64,000 nucleotides of DNA from Acidimicrobiales bacterium. GTDB taxonomy: Bacteria > Actinomycetota > Acidimicrobiia > Acidimicrobiales > SZUA-35. This document shows positions 18,609 to 27,069 of this stretch, in pieces. Position 1 is the stretch's first letter. Each line of letters begins with the position of its first letter. A model generated the notes under the pieces. That model did not search any database. It had not been told where the DNA came from and saw nothing but the letters and a program-made list of their open reading frames with translations. The stretch covers positions 220,454 to 284,453 of the forward strand of contig JAHDDW010000001.1 in the NCBI GenBank assembly GCA_020629155.1, read 5' to 3'. The translations under genes and the position numbers were made by a program.

Positions 18609-19360
18609 TGGCTAAAAAACCTAAACTGAAATTCAACGTTGGTGAACAAATTAGCGGCAACCAACTAGCAGCCACGGTGCTTGGCTATGTCCTCTATAAA
18701 GAATACGACAACCAAGATAAAAAGCATTATTACTTTGAAGAGTGGGAGCTAAGTGGCATAGTCGAGTTTGACAGTTGGATAGAATATGACCATTACAGCA
18801 ACAAAGTTAGCCGCTACACACCAATATCTCGCGATTTCAAAACGGTGACTGGCGGTGCTATTGGTGCAACTGCTGAAGACGACCCAGCTCCTTACGATCA
18901 AAATGCTCGCTACAACGTCGCTTCAGTGGCGGCCTCAGAAGGCAACCTTTCTTACCCTTCCACCATTGGCGATCAGCTGCATTATCTAGAAGTTCAGTCA
19001 CCGCAGGGCAAGTTTGTGATCGAACGATTTGCCAACGGTGACGTCGACCTTTACCGTCAACAGGAAGTGACGAAAGCACAGCAGAAAGAACTTTTCGGTC
19101 GAGTCATCGCACCATCTTTTCTGCGGCGCACGTGGGCAAAAATTTTGATGTGGATCTCCATCTCGGTTGTTATCATCGCAGCCACATTCGGGTTTCCTTC
19201 ATATACCAATGACTGCACACCACGATCAACATCTACGTCAAGCACCCTTAACGGGTCTTCTGAACTCTCTACTAGCACTTCATCTGAAACACAAAACTCG
19301 TCTACGTCATGCAGACGACGTTTTATGTGGAACAGTGGAGGCGGAGGCGCAGGAAAATAG
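18608..19360 (+). CDS. DUF4178-like protein with C-terminal TM and Ser/Thr-rich tail
   Basis: Has the pattern G..I....L.A.V.G.V.Y.......YYFEEWEL......SWIEYD typical of DUF4178 (assignment from memory). Translationally coupled to speH. Confidence 0.65.
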   Translation: MAKKPKLKFNVGEQISGNQLAATVLGYVLYKEYDNQDKKHYYFEEWELSGIVEFDSWIEYDHYSNKVSRYTPISRDFKTVTGGAIGATAEDDPAPYDQNARYNVASVAASEGNLSYPSTIGDQLHYLEVQSPQGKFVIERFANGDVDLYRQQEVTKAQQKELFGRVIAPSFLRRTWAKILMWISISVVIIAATFGFPSYTNDCTPRSTSTSSTLNGSSELSTSTSSETQNSSTSCRRRFMWNSGGGGAGK

Positions 19361-19426
19361 TTAACGCTGCTAGCTAGAAAGAAGCTTACAAACGTAAGTT
19401 TCACACGTACGAAAGGAACTACTTAC

Positions 19427-19669
19427 ATGATATTATTTCTTCAAGAAAGAGCCAATTCAGGGCTTGGGTTTGAATCACTTGCTTCTACGATCGTCTACGC
19501 TCTTTTAGGCATTAGTATAACGGTCGGCGCTATCGCTGCGCTTAACGTCATTTTCAAACTCGACCTGCATAAAGAACTTGTCGAAGACCAAAACATAGCC
19601 TTTGGTGTAGCTATCGGCGGTTTCGCTATTGCAATCGCTATTATTTTGGGAAGCACAATCCTGTCTTAA
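19427..19669 (+). CDS. DUF350 small membrane protein
   Basis: 80 aa with two hydrophobic helices flanking an ELVEDQNIAFGV motif, as in YjfL/DUF350 proteins. Confidence 0.7.
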   Translation: MILFLQERANSGLGFESLASTIVYALLGISITVGAIAALNVIFKLDLHKELVEDQNIAFGVAIGGFAIAIAIILGSTILS

Positions 19670-19723
19670 CTAGCACGTTGCATTTAGCTCACTATTTTCT
19701 AGTATTTTCTTTGGAAGGCAGCT

Positions 19724-21253
19724 GTGAAACAGGAACGTCCTGAAGTTGATAGACCCACGCTTTTCGCTGTAGCTCTTGTGATCGCTGTTGGCGGGTTAAT
19801 TTATGAACTGATTTTAGGCACTGCCGCTTCGTACCTTGTTGGCGATTCGATAACAAGTTTCAGTTTAAGTATCGGCATCACACTTTTTGGTATGGGCCTC
19901 GGATCTTTTGCCGCGATTACGTTTCAAAAAAATAGTATACGAAATTTTATTTTAACTGAAATCTGTTTAAGCATTCTTGGTGGCAACGCTGTTGTCCTCC
20001 TATTTGCTGCTTTCTCGATGACAGGGCTTTTCTGGTTCACGTTCATAGCGCTGTCGATCGCGATCGGGTTCCTGATCGGCCTTGAAATTCCACTTGTTGT
20101 TTCAATGGCCAAAGAATACGGTTCAGAACGCAACGTTACCTTTCTTAGCAAAATTATGGGACTTGACTATATAGGCGCACTTGTTGGTTCCTTGCTCTTT
20201 CCCTTTCTCATGTTGCCTACGCTAGGGCTGACTCGCACCGCCTATGCAGTGGCGCTATTTAACTCATCCATAGCGCTTTTTATTTTGTGGCGCGTTAAGC
20301 TGCTGCAACGCCAACGAATCTGGCTACTAGGCGCAGCTATACTCGCTTCACTTGGGCTTTTCGTCGGTTTCCGTTACTCGTCAGATTTAGAAGAGTCGCT
20401 GAATGCGCGCTCTTTTCAAGACCCTGTTGTCTATTACGAGTTCACGCCTTATCAACGAATAACCTTCACAGCCTATAAAGACGACGTTCGACTATATCTC
20501 AACAATCAGCTACAATTTTCTACTATTGACGAAGCTCGCTACCATGAGACACTAGTACATAGCGCTTTGCGTAAAGCCCCATCGATTGAGAACGTTCTTG
20601 TTTTGGGCGGTGGTGAAGGTTTGGCTGTCCGTGAGCTTGTGAAATACGATGAGGTGAAAACAATCACTGTGGTCGATATTGACCCTGCGATTACGGACCT
20701 TTCAACTGAGCTACAGCTGCTACGTGAAATTAATGATGACGCCATGGCTGATAGTCGTGTCTCTATTGTCAACGACGACGCGTTTATTTTTGCACGAGAT
20801 GCAACGCAAACTTATGATGTGATCCTTTCAGACTTGGTAGACCCATCAAGCGAGAAAACAGCAAAGTTGTACTCAAAAGAAATGTATAAATCGCTTTCAA
20901 ACATGTTGGCGCCAGGTGGGGTTTTCACAACGCAATCGTCTTCCACCTTTTTTACGCCATCAGCTTTCTGGATGATAAAAAACTCGGTCGAGGCAGGTTT
21001 TGAGACCGAAGCTAGTGGGTTGTTCGTTAACGTGCCTACCTTTGGTGAATGGAGTTTCTTAACCATTGGCGGCAATAGTGTCGACACTCGCTCTCTGCCT
21101 AACGACATATCGTATGTCACACCCGAATTTCTTGATGCTGCATCTGCTGCTCCCACCAATTTAGTGAAACATCAACACGATGATATCAATACGCTCTTCT
21201 CACCTAAGATACATCTTCGTTATAGTGAAGACATGGACCAGTGGCGTTTCTAG
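19724..21253 (+). CDS. Membrane-anchored polyamine aminopropyltransferase (spermidine synthase-like)
   Basis: GTG start after GGAAGG. N-terminal ~200 aa are polytopic membrane. The C-terminal SpeE domain carries VLVLGGGEGLAVRE, VVDIDPAI and DVILSDLVDP. Confidence 0.85.
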   Translation: MKQERPEVDRPTLFAVALVIAVGGLIYELILGTAASYLVGDSITSFSLSIGITLFGMGLGSFAAITFQKNSIRNFILTEICLSILGGNAVVLLFAAFSMTGLFWFTFIALSIAIGFLIGLEIPLVVSMAKEYGSERNVTFLSKIMGLDYIGALVGSLLFPFLMLPTLGLTRTAYAVALFNSSIALFILWRVKLLQRQRIWLLGAAILASLGLFVGFRYSSDLEESLNARSFQDPVVYYEFTPYQRITFTAYKDDVRLYLNNQLQFSTIDEARYHETLVHSALRKAPSIENVLVLGGGEGLAVRELVKYDEVKTITVVDIDPAITDLSTELQLLREINDDAMADSRVSIVNDDAFIFARDATQTYDVILSDLVDPSSEKTAKLYSKEMYKSLSNMLAPGGVFTTQSSSTFFTPSAFWMIKNSVEAGFETEASGLFVNVPTFGEWSFLTIGGNSVDTRSLPNDISYVTPEFLDAASAAPTNLVKHQHDDINTLFSPKIHLRYSEDMDQWRF

Positions 21254-21301
21254 ACTGGCCATGACGATTCGTAGCTGAGCCTGATTCTGAAAGTTGGCGA
21301 C

Positions 21302-23067
21302 ATGGGCAAAAACGAAACTAACGCTGTCCCGACATGGGAAGCCGCAAAATATTATTTAAATAAACATTTTGCTGCTGGCCGCTTTGTCTGGACTATAGCA
21401 TTAGGCTGGTTTTTCGGAACAATCTTTAACAGAATGGTCCCAGCTCTTTTCATCGCCAAAATTCTCACCAATGTTGGCAATGGTGAAACAAGTTGGGACG
21501 CTAACGCATCTTCTTTCCTCTTAGGTGCTGGCAGTGTCTTATTCGGCGAGTTTCTCATCAGATCAGGGCTTTATTACCAATCGATTATCGCTAACAGAGT
21601 AGCAAACAATATTTTAGTAGAAGGCCATGCGTTACTTCTCAAAAAATCCTTAGCCTTCCACGCTGATCGGTTTGCAGGCGATTTAACAAGCAAAGTCATC
21701 AAGCTAAGCGAACGATCTGTTCTTTTCATTGACAGTTTATACATGGAGATTGCCACATTTCTAGCCATGTTTCTTTTTGCTGTTATCACGCTCGGCACAA
21801 CGAACGTGGTTGCAATTGTTCTCTACATTCTTGCACTTGTGACCTATAGTCTTCTCGCAGCGCCGCTGGTTACGCGAAGAGTGAAACTTATAGAGAAACG
21901 TTCACGCATGAAAAGCCAGCAAACTGGGCTGCTCGTCGACTCGCTTACAAACATTGCTGCCATCAAGTCATTCGCTCGTGACAAAGAAGAAAACGATCAT
22001 TTCAAAAATCATGTTGAAGCGACAGGGCGCGCAGAACTCCATTCTTGGCTTTATTCGCTTTTCAAGGTTGATCCGCTGACTATTATTTTCTACTCCTCAT
22101 GATTTTCGGCCCGCTGGCAGCGGTGATTTTTCTTGCAGATGATACAAACGTCGCACAGCTTTTCTTGATGTATACCTATCTAACCTTGCTTGGTTCACGC
22201 ATATGGAATTTTGCCTTAGTCTGGCGCAACGTTGAAGTCTATTTAGCTGAAGCTGCTGAAGCATTAGAAGCCATATGGGCTGATGTTGATGTGGCCGATA
22301 TCCCAGACAGCCAACCTCTAGAAGTCACTAAAGGCGAAATTGTTTTCAAGAATGTGGACTTTTCATATCTTCAAGGCGACCCGTTATTCACTACCTTCAC
22401 CGCTACAATCGAGCCGAAACAAAAAATTGGTTTAGTCGGCCCAAGTGGCGGCGGCAAAACTACTCTTCTCAAACTTCTTTTACGGTTCATGGATACACAA
22501 AACGGCGCTATAGAGATAGACGGCCAAAATATCGCTACTGTTGACCAAACAAGTCTGCGCAACACTATCGCATACATCCCACAAGAACCTGTCCTCTTTC
22601 ACCGAACTATCGCCGAGAATATCCTTTATGGGCAACCAACGCTTACAGAAAAAGCAATGCACCAAGCAGCTAAACAAGCATATGCACATGATTTTATTGT
22701 CGACTTACCCAACGGCTATGACACACTTGTAGGCGAACGAGGCATCAAGCTTTCTGGAGGGCAACGACAACGCATCGCTATCGCACGAGCATTCCTTAAA
22801 CCAGCAAAAATTTTAGTCCTAGACGAAGCGACCAGCGCGCTCGACAGTGAAAGCGAACAACTGATCCAAGACGCACTCGCCCACCTAATAGAAGATAAAA
22901 CTGTCGTCTCGATCGCTCACCGCCTGTCCACCTTGCAAATAATGGACCGCCTGCTAGTGCTCAGAGAAGGAGAAATCATCGAAGACGGCTCACATACAGA
23001 CCTACTAGCAGCAAACGGACTCTATACACAATTATGGCAACACCAAAGCGGCGGCTACCTAAAGTGA
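21302..23067 (+). pseudogene. ABC exporter (fused TMD-NBD, MsbA/ABCB-like) split into ORFs 21302-22102 and 22099-23067 by a -1 frameshift
   Basis: ORF1 encodes the TMD. ORF2 encodes the end of the TMD plus the NBD (GPSGGGKTT, LSGGQRQR, LVLDEATSALD). Adding one T to the T4 run at 22086-22089 fuses them (..PLTIIFLLLMIFGPLAAV..). This may be a sequencing error. Confidence 0.8.
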
Positions 23068-23100
23068 AACTAGATGGTTGATTCTTAGCCTATTCAGGGT

Positions 23101-23162
23101 CGTCATTCCCACGAAAGTGGGAATCTCTGCTGGACAAGATCCCCGATTTCTCGGAGATGACC
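23101..23162 (-). repeat. R2 double-hairpin repeat, single copy (reverse orientation)
   Basis: CGTCATTCCCAC-GAAA-GTGGGAAT (23105-23124) plus ATCCCCGA-TTTC-TCGGAGAT (23139-23158). Aligns with the reverse complement of the units at 43350 and 59170. Lies between two convergent gene ends. Confidence 0.8.
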
Positions 23163-23171
23163 ACCCTGGAC

Positions 23172-23636
23172 TTAAGAGAGAACAGTACCGATAGCGCTAC
23201 CTGTGTTTGTCAGATCTTTACTCATGTAATTTTCTTGACCATGAGGCATTTGCAAACTCCCTATTGGTTCATACTTATGTTTCAGATGGAACTTCGTAGA
23301 CACCTCATTTATCTGTTCGGTTGAACTCAAAATCACGTCAAACCCTCTATCACGTACATGCTGCTCGATAGCTAACAACAATCGAGAGCCAAGACCTTGT
23401 CTTTGGTATTCTGGCAAAACCTTTAGCAGTGAGACAACTGGCGTGTTGCCCCAAATCACCTGATACATCCCATAGCCAGCAATCGCTTGATCCGAGGTTT
23501 CAGCAACAAAAAGCCGCCGAGCTTGTATTGTTTCAGCCATAAATTCTTTAGGGTTGTTATAGTCAATAACACTATTGATAGTTTCGATTCCTGACATGTC
23601 GCCAGATTTAGCAAGCCGTATGTTTACAGTACACAT
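23172..23636 (-). CDS. GNAT-family N-acetyltransferase
   Basis: 154 aa with the acetyl-CoA motif YQRQGLGSRLL. Confidence 0.8.
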   Translation of the reverse strand: MCTVNIRLAKSGDMSGIETINSVIDYNNPKEFMAETIQARRLFVAETSDQAIAGYGMYQVIWGNTPVVSLLKVLPEYQRQGLGSRLLLAIEQHVRDRGFDVILSSTEQINEVSTKFHLKHKYEPIGSLQMPHGQENYMSKDLTNTGSAIGTVLS

Positions 23637-23676
23637 TATGTTGAAGCTCCTTCTGGATCAATGAATCAGTGGCCGT

Positions 23677-24492
23677 CTAGCAGCCAGGCAACGCTTCGAA
23701 GCGGTAAGCATCTTGGTTTGTTTCCATCCATGTTGTGAGCGCCGCCAAATCTTCTTCATCAGGATTGTTACCTGAATGCATAAGCACAACATCGCCGCCT
23801 TCAATTGTCTGTAGCCGCTTCAAAACAAAATCATAGCCTTCACGCCAGTCAATTGTGTCAACATCCCAACGGCCGTCTTTGATCCACTTTTCGTTTGTTA
23901 AACCGTTTGCGTCAGCAATATCTTGAACGTCTTTATTAGTCGCGCCAAAAGGCGGACGCCAACACGTCATATCAATCGACGTTACCTCTTTGACTATAAA
24001 TTGTGTCCGTTGCAACTGGTAGCGAACACCGACGTCACCAATCGTTGTCATATCTGGGTGATCCCAACTATGGTTTGCAATCGCATGACCAGAAGCCACA
24101 ATTCGTTTAAGCATTGCAGGATCTTTTTCAGTGTATGATCCCGTCACAAAAAATGTTGCTTTAGCATCCCAGCTTTCTAGAGCTTCAAGAAATTCAGGGG
24201 TTCGAGGCCCAGGACCGCCGTCGAATGTTAGGTAAACTACTTCTTTAGCTACCTCTCCAGAAGTCGCCTGTTTTTCTGCATTAGAGGCAATAGCGGCAAG
24301 CGTTGTCGCCGCCTGCGGCTCTACTGGTTTTACTGCTAGTTCTTTCGCCTGCGGCGACTCTTTCGGCTTAGTTGCAACAAGCGTTGCGGACTGTAATTCG
24401 CCTGTTTCTTTTCCGCAAGCACTCGCTAACACAACAGCAAGAGAAACAATGATCGCTACTTTAAGTACCAACTTTTTACTGTGCCGCCGCAT
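23677..24492 (-). CDS. Polysaccharide deacetylase (NodB-type) lipoprotein
   Basis: Signal plus lipobox (LASAC). NodB motifs LTFDGGP and NHSWDHPD. Confidence 0.85.
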   Translation of the reverse strand: MRRHSKKLVLKVAIIVSLAVVLASACGKETGELQSATLVATKPKESPQAKELAVKPVEPQAATTLAAIASNAEKQATSGEVAKEVVYLTFDGGPGPRTPEFLEALESWDAKATFFVTGSYTEKDPAMLKRIVASGHAIANHSWDHPDMTTIGDVGVRYQLQRTQFIVKEVTSIDMTCWRPPFGATNKDVQDIADANGLTNEKWIKDGRWDVDTIDWREGYDFVLKRLQTIEGGDVVLMHSGNNPDEEDLAALTTWMETNQDAYRFEALPGC

Positions 24493-24630
24493 TTTTCAAG
24501 CCTATCATCAAACAAGAATCTACAAGCATCAGAAAACACCCGAACGAGACCACGCGGGTGCACAACAGGAAATCACCTCGATACGCTAGAATAAATTGCT
24601 GGGTCGACTGAAAGTTTTACGCCTATAAAG

Positions 24631-26127
24631 ATGACAAAAACTAGCCAACTTCCCGAACACATATTGGACCACAGCCAAACACTTACAACCGTCGCCACCC
24701 AACAAGCGCTTGCTGCTCTAACGAAACAGGCAGAAACTTTTTCTCTTACTGGCAACTTTGGCCATTCAGGCCTTTTCTCGCAACAAGCGCCTACCGCCCA
24801 AATGTCGCAATCATTATCTGCCTGGCAAACCGCCGATGAAACTTTTGCTATCGAACAAGCTGAAACTGAAACCAGCGAGCAAAATATCGCTAGCGAGCTA
24901 GTCGATGACTCATCCCCATCTTCTGCAACGACAAACGACCTTGGAGAGCAGCACCCTGCAACTGATTCGGTTTCTGACCCCATCGAACAAGACACAGCAG
25001 AACCAGACATAGAAACGGCAGACCAAAAATCTGACCAAACAATCGACCTGAAGGACGAAACCAAAACAAGTTTCTTCGCTGGGCGTGAATCGTTACGTTC
25101 ACAACTAGCGAATAAAGAGAAATACTTCGGCGAGCTACAGCACAGAATCGAAGAACTCACCTCAAACACACATAACGCTCAAGACAAATATGAGCAAGCC
25201 AAAGCAGACCCTCGCACATCAACTGAACAACTGATCTTTCTTAAAGATGAAGCCGACCGTTCGCAGAAAGAGCTCGATGATGTCCAAGCTATTTCTTGGA
25301 CAGTCAGCGGCGAAGTTGAACAAGCAAAATCTTCGCTAGAAGAGTTTGAACGCATTAACCCGCAAGATGATTCACCTTCGCAATCAGTTCAAAATCAAGA
25401 AACAGCTCCCGTCTTAGAAGCTACCTCTGAACAGCAACAAGCAGATTCTGCAGAGTTTTTCCCAAACGACACGACTAGTCAAATCTTGCGCAACAAACAA
25501 CTAGAGCTTGATCAACGTATTCAAGAAGGCGCCGACCTTGAGATAGTTAAAGGGCTAGTCAAAGAAATCGAAAAACTAAAAAATGACGTTGAACAGCGAA
25601 CACAAGCACGACTTCATGACAAGCTTAAAGAGCTAGCCGCCGAAGAAAAAATCGAACAGGAAACCGAAGTAGAGCAGTCAGAAAACATTGGCGTCACAAA
25701 CGTTCAGGCAGAAGAAGAGCAGCAAGAGCTAGAGAACGACAACGACGAGTCGCAAGCCAACGAACGAGAGAAGCGAGAACAACAAGAAAAAGATCACCTT
25801 AAAGAAAAAACCGAACTCGAAGCAAAACAGAAATCTGAGGAAGCTGAGCGGAAGAAACAGCAAGAAGAGGCTAAAGAAACTGCCCGTAAGGCAGAAGCTG
25901 CGTTAGCTGAACAAGAACGGTTACGAGCTAAACAAAAAGAAAACGGCGATGAACCTGACGCATTTGATACGTTAGGTCGCGGCGCACTTTGGGTGGCAAC
26001 GGTGCCCGCTTTAGCACAAGTAGCGCTATTCACACTTTCTGTCCCAGCAGCTGCCGCCGCTATGATCATGCATGCGGCGCTCACCGCTGATCAGCAAACA
26101 AATCAACGCAGACGACGCTGGTGGTAA
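24631..26127 (+). CDS. Acidic Gln/Glu-rich coiled-coil protein with C-terminal hydrophobic anchor
   Basis: 498 aa with no N-terminal signal. Long E/Q/K heptad-like region. C-terminus is ALWVATVPALAQVALFTLSVPAAAAAMIMHAAL followed by QRRRRWW. The antisense ORF 24573-25169 is judged spurious. Confidence 0.6.
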   Translation: MTKTSQLPEHILDHSQTLTTVATQQALAALTKQAETFSLTGNFGHSGLFSQQAPTAQMSQSLSAWQTADETFAIEQAETETSEQNIASELVDDSSPSSATTNDLGEQHPATDSVSDPIEQDTAEPDIETADQKSDQTIDLKDETKTSFFAGRESLRSQLANKEKYFGELQHRIEELTSNTHNAQDKYEQAKADPRTSTEQLIFLKDEADRSQKELDDVQAISWTVSGEVEQAKSSLEEFERINPQDDSPSQSVQNQETAPVLEATSEQQQADSAEFFPNDTTSQILRNKQLELDQRIQEGADLEIVKGLVKEIEKLKNDVEQRTQARLHDKLKELAAEEKIEQETEVEQSENIGVTNVQAEEEQQELENDNDESQANEREKREQQEKDHLKEKTELEAKQKSEEAERKKQQEEAKETARKAEAALAEQERLRAKQKENGDEPDAFDTLGRGALWVATVPALAQVALFTLSVPAAAAAMIMHAALTADQQTNQRRRRWW

Positions 26128-26144
26128 CTCCGACAGAGTATTCT

Positions 26145-26711
26145 TCAGCCAAGCAAACCAGCAGCTTGTGCAGGCTCTGCGTATGCTTGCGCTAGCGACT
26201 GGGTTGTCTCATGCGCGTTTAAACCGCTTGGATTAGGCACGACCCAAAGCAACGCATCTTCAAACAAATCTGCTTGAAGCCCACGCTGTGCTTTCGGCTG
26301 TTTAAAAGCGCTGCGATACGCTCCGATACCAGCGATAGCAACAACCTTTGGCTGGTGTTTTGCCACAAACGTCCGCAGCGCCTGGCCACCTTCTTGATAC
26401 ATTGCTGTTGTAAGCTCACTCGCTTTAGCAGTAGCAAACGGCACAACATTTGTAATCCCGATACCTCTAGTAACTAGGTAACGGCGGTCGTCGCCAGTCA
26501 TCCCATTTGTTCGGTCAATTTCTCGGTCGATAATCTGAGCTTGTTGCAATGCTGGATAGAACCTGTTGCCAGGATGGGCGAAATGGGTTTGCACTGCCGC
26601 GGTCCAAAGCCCAGGGTTTATCCCGACAAATAGAAGTTTGACGCCAGGACCAATCAGATCATCAACTTTTGCTCCCTGAAAAGCTTGCAACTCTTGCCTA
26701 GTGAATCCCAT
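26145..26711 (-). CDS. mug: G/U mismatch-specific uracil-DNA glycosylase (Mug/TDG family)
   Basis: GINPGLWTA motif, HFAHPGNRFY, NPSGLN near the C-terminus, 188 aa. Confidence 0.85.
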   Translation of the reverse strand: MGFTRQELQAFQGAKVDDLIGPGVKLLFVGINPGLWTAAVQTHFAHPGNRFYPALQQAQIIDREIDRTNGMTGDDRRYLVTRGIGITNVVPFATAKASELTTAMYQEGGQALRTFVAKHQPKVVAIAGIGAYRSAFKQPKAQRGLQADLFEDALLWVVPNPSGLNAHETTQSLAQAYAEPAQAAGLLG

Positions 26712-26774
26712 GCTTACACTCTAAGCCAAGCTAGAAGCAAGCAAGCATATCTTGAGAGCTGTGGGCCACACAAG

Positions 26775-26843
26775 ACAAATCGGAAGTAGTAATTCCGATT
26801 TGTACAACAAATGTGAATTAGCACTTCCGATTTGTAATTACTA
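26775..26843. promoter_or_regulatory. Operator-like repeats in the mug/acn divergent intergenic region
   Basis: Perfect 11-bp inverted repeat ACAAATCGGAA-N7-TTCCGATTTGT (26775-26803), plus a third copy CTTCCGATTTGT at 26824-26835. The site is 64 bp from the mug ATG and ~270 bp from the acn ATG. Confidence 0.45.
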
Positions 26844-27069
26844 TGCAGATTGAAACCACATTACAAGCTACATTTGCTCTTGGCATGAAGTCGTCGCGCG
26901 CACATCCTCTAGCAATTCGCTATAGCCCCCTCAGACATTGATCCAAACAACCACCATCTTCAGACAAGAGAAATCTGCAGTACGAAACTCAAACAGAATA
27001 ATTATCTCAGTAACTGCGAAGCAAGCGTTGAGTTGATTAGAATCGCTCTTATCGCTTTGAAGGAGTCGT

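Noticed and set aside
24573-25169. 198-aa minus-strand ORF overlapping the acidic coiled-coil gene, and similar long antisense ORFs inside acn (27996-28511), the DUF3048 genes, pnp and the ABC-2 permease gene
   Set aside because: They are antisense to genes with strong family signatures or consistent composition. They are Cys/Ser/Ala-rich low-complexity translations typical of the reverse strand of GAA/GCA-rich coding sequence, and they lack an RBS.
26934-26951. Shared 18-nt motif GACATTGATCC(A/T)AACAAC upstream of acn (26934) and bioA (34541), with a shorter GACATTGA at 29411, as a possible common regulatory box or R1 terminus remnant
   Set aside because: A 17/18 match between two sites is within what an all-against-all comparison of a 64-kb window can produce by chance (order of one expected by my rough estimate). 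The flanks do not align convincingly, so I could not raise it above coincidence without a genome-wide motif search.
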